Notes under the pieces: generated by a model | Told to the model about the DNA's origin: nothing | Seen by the model: the letters and a program-made list of their open reading frames with translations, nothing else | Databases searched by the model: none | Position numbers and translations under genes: made by a program | In this document: positions 36,748 through 46,389 of the stretch, in pieces | Numbering within the stretch: the first letter of the stretch is position 1 | How the letters are laid out: each line of letters begins with the position of its first letter | NCBI GenBank assembly: GCA_036556965.1 | Contig: DATBIO010000289.1 | Span: 964-64,963 of the forward strand | Length of the DNA: 64,000 nucleotides | Direction of reading: 5' to 3' | Origin: Vicinamibacteria bacterium | Lineage (GTDB): Bacteria > Acidobacteriota > Vicinamibacteria > Fen-336

Positions 36748-37206
36748 TCAGTCCAGGAAGCCCTGCCGCACGCAGTGGATGTAGTCGGTATAGGCGGGCG
36801 TCGCGCCGTCCTGCCGCACGGCCAGGGCCGCCTGGCCCCGGTGGTAGGACGAGTGGAGCACCACGTGCATCAGGACGTCGCCCACCGTGCTCGACCAGGG
36901 CTCGCCCCTGCTGTTGACGTAGGCGACCGCGCGCGCGACGTCCCCGGGAGCCAGCGCGGCCAGGTAGTCGCGCCACGCCTGCCCCACCTCCTGGAGGGCG
37001 GCCGCGCAGGCGTCCGCTCCGAGCTCCGGCCACACGGCCAGGGGCGAAGGCTCGCCGCGCAGGCGCGCCAGCCACAGGCGCTCGGCGCCGGCCACGTGCG
37101 CGAGCAGGCGCAGGGCGGGTGCCGACGCGCGCGCCGCCCCCAGCGCCTCGCGGTTGGCCCACCGGTTGTACGCGAAGAGGCGGCTCAGCTGCTCGGCGTG
37201 GTCCAT
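36748..37206 (-). CDS. DinB_2/YfiT-family (DinB/YfiT-like metal-dependent thiol transferase fold) protein.
   Basis: MDHAEQLSRLFAYNRWANREAL ... VLMHVVLHSSYHRGQ is a four-helix-bundle His triad pattern (H..H..H). Confidence 0.7.
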   Translation of the reverse strand: MDHAEQLSRLFAYNRWANREALGAARASAPALRLLAHVAGAERLWLARLRGEPSPLAVWPELGADACAAALQEVGQAWRDYLAALAPGDVARAVAYVNSRGEPWSSTVGDVLMHVVLHSSYHRGQAALAVRQDGATPAYTDYIHCVRQGFLD

Positions 37207-38153
37207 CGCGCGATGCGGTAGTAACGGGCGGGCAGCCCTCCGACCACCCGCTCGTCCTGGAAGGACATGCCCAGCCGCTCCATGACGCGGAAGGAAGCCG
37301 CGTTGGGAGGGTCGGCGCCGGCCAGTATCACGTCCAGGCCGCCCTCCTCGAAGCCGAAGCGGAGCACGGCCCGCGCCGCCTCCGTGGCCAGGCCCTGCTT
37401 CCATTGAGCGGGGTCGAGGGCGTAGAGCAGCTCGACCTCGTCCGCCTCGCCGAACGGGCGGAGGCCGGCGAAGCCGGCGAGGCGCGCCGGGTCGTCGCGG
37501 CGCGCCACCGCGAAATGTCCGAAGCCGCGGTCGCGGAAGCCCTCGATGCTGGCCGCGATCAGGGCGCGGACGGTGGCCCGCGCCACCGGCTGTCCGTCCC
37601 ACAGGTACCGGCCGACCGCGGGGTGGTTGAACAGGCGCAGGAGCGGCTCCTCGTGGCCCCAGTGGAAGGGCAGCAGGCCGAGGCGCTCGGTGGTGAGCAG
37701 CGGCCCCCGCGCCCCGCGCGCCCGCGAGAGGTCGCGCAGGAGGCCCGCGATCTCCGCCCGGTGGGCGTCGTCGTGGCCGGCCATCAGGCGCGGGAGGTCG
37801 CCCAGGCGCACGCGGCCCACGCCCTCCTGCTCCCCCGCGCGCTCGAGGTCCGCCGCGGAGAGCGAGAGCAGCGTGGCCACGTTGGCGCGGCGGGCGCTCT
37901 GGAACGCGCGCACGCCCTCGGCCAGGGAGCGCGCGCGGTAGTCGCGCTCGCGCGCCACCCTCGCGCCGTCGAAGTCCGGGAGGAAGGGCTGGGCTTCGCG
38001 GAGCAGGCGCTCGATGCGCACGGAGAAGCCCTCGCGCTCGAGGTCGGCCAGGTGCCATGCGTGCTCCACGAGGGAGAAGCCCCCGGCGCCGTCGCGCACC
38101 AGGCCCCAGTCGGGCCCCACCTCCTCCCCCCGCTGCCGGAGCTCGTCGGGCAT
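37185..38153 (-). CDS. DinB_2-family domain fused to a GNAT N-acetyltransferase domain.
   Basis: The N-terminal half has FSLVEHAWHLADLEREGF...MAGHDDAHRAEI (DinB_2-like). The C-terminal half has GFGHFAVARRDD...ELLYALDPAQWKQGLATEAARAVLRFGFEEGGLDVIL (GNAT motifs A/B). Start at ATG 38153. 22-nt overlap with the previous gene. Confidence 0.65.
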   Translation of the reverse strand: MPDELRQRGEEVGPDWGLVRDGAGGFSLVEHAWHLADLEREGFSVRIERLLREAQPFLPDFDGARVARERDYRARSLAEGVRAFQSARRANVATLLSLSAADLERAGEQEGVGRVRLGDLPRLMAGHDDAHRAEIAGLLRDLSRARGARGPLLTTERLGLLPFHWGHEEPLLRLFNHPAVGRYLWDGQPVARATVRALIAASIEGFRDRGFGHFAVARRDDPARLAGFAGLRPFGEADEVELLYALDPAQWKQGLATEAARAVLRFGFEEGGLDVILAGADPPNAASFRVMERLGMSFQDERVVGGLPARYYRIARWTTPSS

Positions 38154-38185
38154 GGCGGCCAGGGTCTCGGGCCGCACGGCCGCGC

Positions 38186-38713
38186 TCACGCCCAGCCCTG
38201 TCGCTCCCGCAGCGACGTGATGTGGGCCACGTGGTGCCGGCCGTGCCACGCGTAGAGGGCGAGGGCGCGCGTCAGCGGGTACGGACCGCTCACGGGATGG
38301 TGGAAGGCGCGCTGCCACTCGTCGCCGTCGAGCGCCCGCAGCATCAGGGTCCAGCGCCGGTGCAGGGCCTCCAGGAGGTCGAGGGACAGCGCGGGGTCGG
38401 CGGTGCGCGCGTCGGGCAGCTCGGCCCACCGCCCCTCCTCGTAGGGCTTGATGGTCGGCGCCTCCTCGGTGAGGGCGAGGCGGAAGCGCACGTAGGCGTT
38501 GATGTGGCTGTCCGGGACGTGGTGCACGACCTGCCGCACCGTCCATCCTCCGGGACGGTAGGGCGTGTCGAGCCGGGCCGCGTCCAGGCCCGCCACCGCC
38601 GCGCGCAGGCGCGCCGGCGCCTCCTCGATCTGGCCGATCAGGACGCCGCGCTCGGCGGCGGTGACGGTCTCCGGCGGCTGGAAGGGGCCCACGGGATAAC
38701 GGAGGTCGGACAT
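38186..38713 (-). CDS. DinB_2/YfiT-family putative metal-dependent hydrolase/thiol transferase.
   Basis: MSDLRYPVGPFQPPETVTAAERGVLIGQIEEAPARLRAAVAGLDAARLDTPYRPGGWTVRQVVHHVPDSHINAYVRF ... HHVAHITSL matches YfiT/BstA-like proteins. Confidence 0.7.
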   Translation of the reverse strand: MSDLRYPVGPFQPPETVTAAERGVLIGQIEEAPARLRAAVAGLDAARLDTPYRPGGWTVRQVVHHVPDSHINAYVRFRLALTEEAPTIKPYEEGRWAELPDARTADPALSLDLLEALHRRWTLMLRALDGDEWQRAFHHPVSGPYPLTRALALYAWHGRHHVAHITSLRERQGWA

Positions 38714-39010
38714 GGCATCTCCTCTGTGCGGCGGCCCCCGGCCAGCGCGGTGGCCGGGCCCGGGCCGCGGCGGACGCCGCCCGTCACGGACAGGGGAAGG
38801 TCGAACACGCGCTACCCGAGTGCTCCTACGACCTCGGCGCGGAAAGGTTCCGAGCCGGGGCTCAACCGCACGACGCCGGCGCAACGGGGCCCGGCTCGGA
38901 GGCAGCCGCCCCGGCTCCGCCAGGCCTTGGCGTCATTGTCCACCGCGTTGGCGGTTGCCGCGAAGGCACGGCGTCGGCCCCGGCCGTCGCTCGCGGGGCG
39001 CCTCCTCCGC

Positions 39011-40009
39011 TCAGCACCAGTTGACGCCGGACCAGCGGATGAGCGTGGCGCCCACGGTGAATCCGGCTCCCACGGCGGCGATGAGGACGAGGTCGTCCCG
39101 GTGCAGCCGGCCCTGGTCGAGGGCGGTGCCCAGGGCCAGGGGGATGGTGGCGGCGGTGGTGTTGCCGTACTCGCCGATGTTCTTCACCACGCGCTCGTCG
39201 GGGAGGCCCAGGCGGTCCTTGGCCGCGTCGATGATGCGCAGGTTGGCCTGGTGGGCCACGAAGAGGTCCAGCTCGTCGGGGGTCACCCCGTTGCGCTCGA
39301 GCAGCTTCAGGCTGACCTCGGCGAACTTGCGCACCGCGTACTTGAAGACGAACTGGCCGTCCTGCCGGATGACGTGCATGCGCGCGGCCACCGTCTCCGC
39401 GGTGGCGGGCCGCAGGCTGCCCCCGGCGGGCATGTACAGGTGGCCGGCCCCCGTACCGTCCACCTCGTGCAGGAAGTCGATGATCCCGCTGCCGTCCGCG
39501 GAGGGCTCGAGCAGCACCGCCCCCGCCCCGTCGCCGAAGAGCACGCAGGTCGTGCGGTCGTGGTAGTCGAGGATGGAGGTCATGACGTCGGCCCCCACCA
39601 CCAGCACCTTGGTGTGCGTGCCCGCGAGCACGAACTGCGCCCCCACGGTGAGGGCGTAGACGAAGCCCGAGCAGGCGGCGGAGACGTCGAAGCCCCAGGC
39701 CCGCGTGGCCTTCAGCTTCTCCTGGACGAGGCAGGCGGTGGCGGGGAAGAGCATGTCCGGGGTGACGGTGGCCACGATGATGAGGTCCACCTCGTCCGGG
39801 CCGATGCCGCGGAGCTCCAGGGCCTGGCGCGCCGCGCGCACGGCCAGCTCGCTGGTGCCCGTGCCCGGCTCCACCACGTGCCGCTGCCGTATGCCCGTGC
39901 GCGTGCGGATCCACTCGTCGGAGGTGTCGACGAACTTCTCGAGGTCGGCGTTGGTGACGATGCGGTCGGGCACGTATCGCCCGACCGAGGTGATGGCGGC
40001 GCGCGGCAT
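39011..40009 (-). CDS. fabH: 3-oxoacyl-ACP synthase III.
   Basis: [28 protein letters not shown]...AACSGF...HQANLRII...[12 protein letters not shown]. Canonical length of 332 aa. Confidence 0.9.
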   Translation of the reverse strand: MPRAAITSVGRYVPDRIVTNADLEKFVDTSDEWIRTRTGIRQRHVVEPGTGTSELAVRAARQALELRGIGPDEVDLIIVATVTPDMLFPATACLVQEKLKATRAWGFDVSAACSGFVYALTVGAQFVLAGTHTKVLVVGADVMTSILDYHDRTTCVLFGDGAGAVLLEPSADGSGIIDFLHEVDGTGAGHLYMPAGGSLRPATAETVAARMHVIRQDGQFVFKYAVRKFAEVSLKLLERNGVTPDELDLFVAHQANLRIIDAAKDRLGLPDERVVKNIGEYGNTTAATIPLALGTALDQGRLHRDDLVLIAAVGAGFTVGATLIRWSGVNWC

Positions 40010-40067
40010 GCGCCGCTATTACAGCGAAGAGGCTCCACCGCCGCAAGCGTGGAAGAATGGATCCGCC

Positions 40068-41315
40068 GTGCCGCTCCTCTTCACCCTCGCCGCGCGCAAC
40101 CTCTTCCGCCACACGCGGCGCACGGTCCTCACCGTGAGCGCGCTCGCCCTGGGGGTGGCCCTCATGGTGCTGGGGCGCGCCTGGACGGCGGCCATGGAGA
40201 CGGCGGTGGTGACGCCGGCCAAGGACTCCACCCTGGGCCACGTCCAGCTCTACGCGCGGGACGCCGCCGCCGACGAGGGCGGCCACGTGTCGTTCATCAT
40301 GCCGCACAACAACTACCGGCTCCTCCAGGAGCCGCGCGCCCTCATCGCGCAGGTCCTGCAACGCGAGCCGCGCCTGGCCGCCGGCCTCGCCCGCCTGACC
40401 ATGGGGGCGCTGCTCTCGTCGGGCGAGGCCTCGATGGAGGGCCTCCTCATCGGCATCGATCCCGCCGCCCGTCCCGCCGTCTATCCCGCCCTGGGCCTGC
40501 GCGCGGGCCGGCACTTCGAGGCCGGCGAGAAGGGCGCGCTGCTGAACGCGGGCGTGGCCCGCCGCCTCGGCGTGGGCCCCGGCGACGACGTGGTGGCCCT
40601 GGGCAACACCACCGACGGCCGCCTGAGCGCGGCGCGGCTCAAGGTCACCGGCATCTGGCGCGTGAAAGGGCTCGAGGCCTACGAGTGGGGAGCCTGCTAC
40701 GCGGACCTGGCGGTGGTGCAGGAGCTGCTCGACGTGGGCGACGAGGCCGGGGTCCTCATCTTCCGGCAGACGGACCCCCGCCTGCCCGCTCCCCCCATCG
40801 CGGAGTCGCTGGCCCGCGCCCTGCCGCGGGTGGAGGCCCACACCTGGGAGGACATGGGGGGTCCCTTCATCGGCGGCATGATGCTCACCCGCTTCATCGC
40901 CTCCATCACCGACGTGCTGATGGCCCTGATCGTGGCCGCCGGCGTCATGAACACCGCCCTCATGTCCGTGTTCGAACGCACGCGCGAGATCGGCACCCTG
41001 CGCGCGGTCGGGTCGCGCCGCCGCCGCGTGCTGTCGCTGTTCCTCCTGGAGGCCCTCCTGCTGGGCGGAGCGGGCGGCCTGCTGGGCGGGGCGGGCGGGG
41101 TGGGGCTGGTGACGGTGCTGGGCCACACCGGCATCCCCGCCTTCAGCGAGGCCCAGCGCTATTCCTACGGCGGCGACGCGCTGTTCCCCCGCGTCGACTG
41201 GGGCGACGCCGCGCGCGTGCCCGCCGCCATGACCCTGGTCTGCCTGGCGGCCGCCCTCGGCCCCGCGGTGCTGGCCTCCCGCCTTCGCCCGGCGGAGGCG
41301 CTGCGTTACGTGTGA
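40068..41315 (+). CDS. FtsX-family ABC permease (LolC/E-, MacB-like), copy 1.
   Basis: PLLFTLAARNLFRHTRRTVLT is the N-terminal TM helix. A large periplasmic domain follows, then the C-terminal FtsX 3-TM bundle (ALMSVFERTREIGTLRAVGSRR). GTG start at 40068, chosen to avoid overlap with the fabH start. Confidence 0.75.
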   Translation: MPLLFTLAARNLFRHTRRTVLTVSALALGVALMVLGRAWTAAMETAVVTPAKDSTLGHVQLYARDAAADEGGHVSFIMPHNNYRLLQEPRALIAQVLQREPRLAAGLARLTMGALLSSGEASMEGLLIGIDPAARPAVYPALGLRAGRHFEAGEKGALLNAGVARRLGVGPGDDVVALGNTTDGRLSAARLKVTGIWRVKGLEAYEWGACYADLAVVQELLDVGDEAGVLIFRQTDPRLPAPPIAESLARALPRVEAHTWEDMGGPFIGGMMLTRFIASITDVLMALIVAAGVMNTALMSVFERTREIGTLRAVGSRRRRVLSLFLLEALLLGGAGGLLGGAGGVGLVTVLGHTGIPAFSEAQRYSYGGDALFPRVDWGDAARVPAAMTLVCLAAALGPAVLASRLRPAEALRYV

Positions 41316-42331
41316 AGGGCAACGACCGGCCCAGGGGAGCCCGTGGCGGGAGACGGCGCCTGTGGCTCGCCGCCGCGAGCGTGGTGGTGGCGGCCGCCGC
41401 CGTCAACGGGCTGGCCTACCGGCACGCCCACGCCCTGGGCCACTTCTCGCAGGGGGGCGCACGCACGCCGCGCGCGGAGGCCCTGACCGCGCTCCAGAAG
41501 GCCCGTGTGCTGCTCGTGGGACCGAACCTTCCCAAGCCGCGGAACCGGCGCACGCCGCGTGACCTCGGCCTGGCCTTCGAGCGGCATGCCTTCCCCGGCG
41601 CCTTCGGCGACGAGATCGAGGCCTGGCTCGTGCCCGGCCCTCCCGGGGCCGGCCTGGTAGTGCTGTTCCACGGGCACGCGTCCGCGAAGGACTCGCTGCT
41701 CCCGGCCGCGCGCGAGCTCCACCGCATGGGGTACGCCACCCTCCTGGTGGATTTCCACGGCAGCGGCGGCTCGAGCGGCAACCGGACCAGCATCGGCTTC
41801 CACGAGGCGCAGGACGTCTCCGCCGCCTATCGGTACGCGGCGGGCCTTCCCGGCCCGCCGCGGATCGCGCTCTACGGGCAGTCGATGGGCGCCGCCGCCG
41901 TCCTGCGCGCGGCGGCGCGGGAGGGCCTCGAGCCGCACGCGATCATCCTGGAGACGCCCTTCGACCGCTTGCGCACCACGGTCGCACACCGCTTCCGGAG
42001 CCTGCGCGTCCCCGCGGTCCTGGTCCCCGTGATGCTCTTCTGGGGTGGCGTCCAGCAGGGCTTCGACCCCTTCGCCCACAACCCCGTCGAGTACGCGCGG
42101 AGCGTCGCCGTCCCCGCGCTGCTGATGGCGGGCGACCGCGACCCCTGGGTCTCGGTGGAGGAGTCCCGGTCGATCCTGGAGGCGTTGCGGGGACCCCGGG
42201 AGCTGGTGCTCTTCGCCGGCCTCCCTCACGTGTCGCTTCTCGCCGCCCGCCCCGCGCAGTGGCGGACGGCAATGGCCGGCTTCCTCCGCCGGTCGCTGGG
42301 AGGCCACGGGGAAAGCCGTCCGGCGGCATGA
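41312..42331 (+). CDS. Membrane-anchored alpha/beta hydrolase.
   Basis: LYGQSMGAAAV (GxSxG) plus Asp/His downstream. An N-terminal TM segment. GTGA overlap with the upstream gene. Confidence 0.7.
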   Translation: MKGNDRPRGARGGRRRLWLAAASVVVAAAAVNGLAYRHAHALGHFSQGGARTPRAEALTALQKARVLLVGPNLPKPRNRRTPRDLGLAFERHAFPGAFGDEIEAWLVPGPPGAGLVVLFHGHASAKDSLLPAARELHRMGYATLLVDFHGSGGSSGNRTSIGFHEAQDVSAAYRYAAGLPGPPRIALYGQSMGAAAVLRAAAREGLEPHAIILETPFDRLRTTVAHRFRSLRVPAVLVPVMLFWGGVQQGFDPFAHNPVEYARSVAVPALLMAGDRDPWVSVEESRSILEALRGPRELVLFAGLPHVSLLAARPAQWRTAMAGFLRRSLGGHGESRPAA

Positions 42332-43602
42332 CGTCCCTCCTCGCCGTCGCCTTCCGCAACCTGCTGCGCGCCAAGCGCCGCAACCTGCTCACCGGCGGCA
42401 CCATGGCCCTCGGGAGCGCCGCGCTCGTGGTGGGCAGCGGGCTCACCGCCGGCATCGAGCGGCAGCTCACCTCCAACCTCATCGCGACCCAGACCGGCCA
42501 CCTGCAGGTGGTGGCGCGCCCGCACGACTTCGTGCCCCAGAACAGCCCCTTCGACGCCTACGGCCAGGACCTGGTCCCCGACGCCGTGGGCCTGGCCCGG
42601 CGCATCGAGGAGGCGGGGGGCGCGGCGGGCGTGGTGCGGGCCGTGCCCTACCTCTACGGGCGCGGGACGGCGCTGGCCGGGCACCGCTCCAGCCTGGCCA
42701 GCGTGATCGGGGTCCTGCCCGAGCGCGAGCCCGAGCTGCGCCGCGCCCACCCGCCGCAGCAGGGGTCGTACCTGCCCGCGGACGATCCCCTCGCCGCGTA
42801 CGTGGCGGCGCCCCTGGCCGGCAAGCTCCGTCTCGTCCCCGGCGACACCCTGTCCTTCGTGGTGCAGACGCCCGAGGGGGCGGTGAACTCGGTGGACGGC
42901 ATCGTGTGCGGTGTCTTCGCCAAGGGCGCCCCCTGGTTCGACAACGCGGTCTACGTCCCCCTGGCCCTGGCCCAGTCCCTGTACGGCTGGGAGGGCGGCG
43001 GCACCAACGTCAAGGTGACGTTGGCTCGGGGCTCGCCGCGCGCGGCCCGCGCCGCCCGTCCCGCGGTGCAGGCCCTGGTGGCGGCGGCGGGCCCGGCGCC
43101 GGCGACGGGCACCGCGGTGCGCGTGGAGACCTACGACGAGGCGGGGCGGTTCTCGTTCGCCATCGTGCAGGCGAACGGCACCGCGCTCTTCATCCTGTCC
43201 TCCTTCCTCTTCGCCGCGGCCGCGGTGGGGGTGGTGAACGGCATGCTCATGAGCGTGCACGAGCGCACGCGCGAGATCGGCACCGTGCGCGCGCTCGGCA
43301 TGCGGCGGCGCGCGGTCATCCGCCTCTTCCTGCTGGAGGGCCTCGCCCTGGGCCTGGTGGCGGCGGCGGTGGGCATCACCGCGGGGAGCGCTTTCGTCCT
43401 CCACCTCGGACGGGAGGGGATACCCATGAACACCATGACCCTGGCCTGGATGGCGGGGGGCGACCGCCTGGTGCCCGTGCTCCGCGCGGCCTCGGTGGCC
43501 ACCGCGGGCGCCGCCATCGCCGCGCTCTCCGTGCTGGCCGCCGTCTATCCCGCCTGGACGGCCAGCCGCCTGCAGCCGCGCGAGGCCCTCCACCATGTCT
43601 GA
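42328..43602 (+). CDS. FtsX-family ABC permease, copy 2.
   Basis: MTSLLAVAFRNLLRAKRRNLLT ... MSVHERTREIGTVRALGMRR. ATGA overlap. Confidence 0.75.
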   Translation: MTSLLAVAFRNLLRAKRRNLLTGGTMALGSAALVVGSGLTAGIERQLTSNLIATQTGHLQVVARPHDFVPQNSPFDAYGQDLVPDAVGLARRIEEAGGAAGVVRAVPYLYGRGTALAGHRSSLASVIGVLPEREPELRRAHPPQQGSYLPADDPLAAYVAAPLAGKLRLVPGDTLSFVVQTPEGAVNSVDGIVCGVFAKGAPWFDNAVYVPLALAQSLYGWEGGGTNVKVTLARGSPRAARAARPAVQALVAAAGPAPATGTAVRVETYDEAGRFSFAIVQANGTALFILSSFLFAAAAVGVVNGMLMSVHERTREIGTVRALGMRRRAVIRLFLLEGLALGLVAAAVGITAGSAFVLHLGREGIPMNTMTLAWMAGGDRLVPVLRAASVATAGAAIAALSVLAAVYPAWTASRLQPREALHHV

Positions 43603-45676
43603 GGCCGTGCCCGGCGCCGCGCGCCGCCTGTTCCTCCTCGGCTTCCTCACCCTCTTCCTGGAGCTGGCCCTCATCCGCTACCTGGCGGGCACCATCTGGA
43701 ACCTCGGCTATTTCCCCAACCTCGTCCTCCTCGCGGTGTTCGTGGGGATGGGGGCGGGGTTCGTCCTGCACGACCGCCTCGGCGACCGGACCTCGCGCGC
43801 CCTGTACGGCGCGGTTCCCCTGGCCACCCTGGGGCTGGCCCTCCTCGTGGAGGTGGTGCGCCCGTCGGTTCCCGGGTTCGGCTCCTCCTCGGGATCGCTG
43901 GGGGGAGAGCTGTTCTTCACGGGCGTGCCCACGGGCACGCGCCAGGGAGCGCTTCCCTTCCTGCTCTGGTTCGGGGGAGTGACGGCGCTCTTCGCGCTCC
44001 TCGCGCAGCGCACCGCCACCTACTTCCGCCTCTTCCCGCCCCTGCGCGCCTACACCCTGGACATCGCGGGCTCCTGCGCGGGCATCCTCGCCTTCATGGC
44101 CGCCAGCGCCCTGGAGCTGCCGGCCTCCGTCTGGTTCCTCGCCGGCGCCGGTCTCTGCGCCTCCGCCGACGTGGGCGCGGTGTCGCGGCGCCTGGCGCGC
44201 GCCCTGCCCCTGGTGGCCCTGGCCGCCCTGGCCGAGCGGCAGGACGTCCGCCTGACCGCCGACCCCGGCTTCGCGGGGACGCGCGAGACGCGCTGGTCGC
44301 CCTACCAGAAGGTCGAGTACAGCGAGACGCCGCAGTGGCGGGCGCTCTTCGTGAACGGCATCGCCCACCAGTTCATGCAGCCGCGGGAGGCCATCCTCCG
44401 CTCCTACTACATGGTCCCCTTCCGCCACCGCGCCGCCCGCGGGCTGCCCGCGGGACGCGTCCTCGTGATCGGCGCGGGCAGCGGCAACGACGTGGCCGCC
44501 GCCCTCCTCGCCGCCGCCGAGCGCGTGGACGCGGTGGAGATCGACCCCGTCATCGCGCGGCTGGGGCGGCGCCGGCACCCCGTGCGGCCCTACGCCGACC
44601 CCCGCGTCCGCCTGATCGTGGACGACGGCCGGGCCGTTCTCACGCGCAGCCGGGAGCGCTACGACGTCATCGTGTTCGCGCTCACCGACTCGCTGGTCAA
44701 GGTCAGCCCCATGGCCCAGCTGCGCCTGGAGAACTACCTCTACACGCAGGAGTCGCTGCGGCGGGCCTACGACCTGCTCGACCCGCGCGGGCAGATGGTC
44801 GTCTACAACTACTACCGCGTGCCCTGGCTGGTGGAGAAGTACCGCCTGGCCCTGCAGGCGGCCACGGGCAAGCCGCCGCTGACCGTCCACCAGGAGGCGG
44901 GGGGCTTCGCCATGATGCTGACGGGGCCGGACACGCCGCCCGGCCCCGTGCCGCCGCCTTCCCCCGAGGTGCTGGAGGTCGCGCGCGACGACTGGCCGTT
45001 CCCCTACCTGCGCCACCGCGGCGTGCCCCGTCTCTACGCCGGGGCCCTGGGCCTGATGGCCGCGCTGGTGGCGCTCTTCGCGCTCGTGCTCCACCGGCTC
45101 GAGCGCCGCTCCGGGGGGCCGGTGGCCCCCGCCCGGATGAAGGCCGCCTTCGTGCTCATGGGGACGGCCTTCCTGCTCCTGGAGACCAAGGGGGTCATCC
45201 AGTTCAGCCTGCTCTTCGGGACCACCTGGCTCAACAGCTCGCTGGTCTTCCTGGCCGTGCTCGTCCTCGTCCTGGCCGCCAACGCCACCGCGGCCCGGGT
45301 GCGCCACCCGCTCGCCCTGGCCGCGGCCTGCGGGCTGCTGCTCCTCTCGTGCGCCGCCGCCCTCGTGGTGCCCCTCGGGCTCCTCCTCGAGCTCGAGCGG
45401 CCCCTGTCCCGCTTCGTGGGCGCGGCCCTGCTCATCTTCGCGCCCATCTACTTCGCCAACCTGGTCTTCAGCGTCGCCTTCCGCGGCCAGCGCATGGCCG
45501 CGCACCTCTTCGGCTGGAACCTCCTGGGGGCCGCCCTGGGCGGGCTCCTGGAGTACGCGAGCATGTCCGTCGGCTACCGCGCGCTCTCCGTGCTGGTGGC
45601 CGTCCTCTACGCCGCCTCCGCGGCGCTGGTGGTGCGCGAGCGGCGGGCGCCCGCCTCCGCGGAGGAGGCGGCGTGA
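43595..45676 (+). CDS. Polytopic membrane protein with an embedded spermidine synthase-like (aminopropyltransferase / class I SAM-MTase fold) domain.
   Basis: The central region has RVLVIGAGSGNDV...RYDVIVFALTDS, as in SpeE-family proteins. It is flanked by about 6 N-terminal and about 5 C-terminal TM helices. 8-nt overlap upstream. Confidence 0.6.
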   Translation: MSEAVPGAARRLFLLGFLTLFLELALIRYLAGTIWNLGYFPNLVLLAVFVGMGAGFVLHDRLGDRTSRALYGAVPLATLGLALLVEVVRPSVPGFGSSSGSLGGELFFTGVPTGTRQGALPFLLWFGGVTALFALLAQRTATYFRLFPPLRAYTLDIAGSCAGILAFMAASALELPASVWFLAGAGLCASADVGAVSRRLARALPLVALAALAERQDVRLTADPGFAGTRETRWSPYQKVEYSETPQWRALFVNGIAHQFMQPREAILRSYYMVPFRHRAARGLPAGRVLVIGAGSGNDVAAALLAAAERVDAVEIDPVIARLGRRRHPVRPYADPRVRLIVDDGRAVLTRSRERYDVIVFALTDSLVKVSPMAQLRLENYLYTQESLRRAYDLLDPRGQMVVYNYYRVPWLVEKYRLALQAATGKPPLTVHQEAGGFAMMLTGPDTPPGPVPPPSPEVLEVARDDWPFPYLRHRGVPRLYAGALGLMAALVALFALVLHRLERRSGGPVAPARMKAAFVLMGTAFLLLETKGVIQFSLLFGTTWLNSSLVFLAVLVLVLAANATAARVRHPLALAAACGLLLLSCAAALVVPLGLLLELERPLSRFVGAALLIFAPIYFANLVFSVAFRGQRMAAHLFGWNLLGAALGGLLEYASMSVGYRALSVLVAVLYAASAALVVRERRAPASAEEAA

Positions 45677-46389
45677 GGCCGGCCCTGGCCGCGCTCCTCG
45701 CCGTGGCTCCGCCCGACGCCACCGCGATCCTGGCGCGCGCCCAGGCGGTGGTGCTGGGGGAGAGCGCCACCTACACCCTGCGCATGACCGTGGACCGTCC
45801 GGGCAAGGCGGCCCGCGTGGTGGAGATGAAGGGCTGGAAGAAGGGGGACACCCTCGGCCGCGTGCGCTACACGAGCCCGCCCAAGGAGCGTGGGACGGGA
45901 TACCTGCGCGCCGGCGGCAACACCTGGCTCTACCTTCCCAGCGCGGAGAAGGTGGTGCGGGTGGGGCCGAAGCAGAACTTCGGGGGCGGCGACTTCAGCA
46001 ACGCCGACATCTTCCGGCTGTCGCTCACCAGCGACTACGCGGCCACCCTGGCCGGCGAGGAGGTGGTGGAGGGCGAGGGCTGCTGGCGCCTGGAGCTCAA
46101 GGCCCGGGACCGGTCGGTGGCCTACGACCGCGTCGTCTACTGGGTACGCAGGGACGGAACCGACTACCCGGTGCGGGCGGACTACCACACGCTGTCGGGG
46201 CGCCGCCTGAAGTGGCTGGTGCTGTCGGAGGTGAGGCGCCTGGGGGGGCGCGCGCGTCCCACGCGGCTGGTCATGGAGAGCGCGCTCGAGCCGGGTGCGC
46301 GCACGGAGGTGCAGTTCCTGGCCATCCAGGACGGCGTGACCCTGGACGACCGGCTCTTCACGCCGTCCGCCCTGGAGAGGGGCGAGTGA
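45673..46389 (+). CDS. LolA-like outer-membrane lipoprotein-sorting / lipid-carrier family protein.
   Basis: Signal peptide, then an unclosed beta-barrel pattern (TYTLRMTVDRPGKAARVVEMKGWKKGDTLGRVRYTSPPKERGTGYL...TWLYLPS). GTGA overlap. Confidence 0.6.
   Translation: MRPALAALLAVAPPDATAILARAQAVVLGESATYTLRMTVDRPGKAARVVEMKGWKKGDTLGRVRYTSPPKERGTGYLRAGGNTWLYLPSAEKVVRVGPKQNFGGGDFSNADIFRLSLTSDYAATLAGEEVVEGEGCWRLELKARDRSVAYDRVVYWVRRDGTDYPVRADYHTLSGRRLKWLVLSEVRRLGGRARPTRLVMESALEPGARTEVQFLAIQDGVTLDDRLFTPSALERGE

Noticed and set aside
38057-42331. 1424-aa ORF on the plus strand, and similar giants (3094-5691, 27496-30858, 24414-27119, 8088-10430, 13665-15476, 42226-43674, 43376-45505)
   Set aside because: These are Arg/Gly/Pro/Ala-rich low-complexity translations with no family resemblance. 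They are shadow ORFs in alternative frames of real genes, as expected at about 72% GC where stop codons are rare. Only the 3' part of 38057-42331 (from GTG 41312) is real: the alpha/beta hydrolase.
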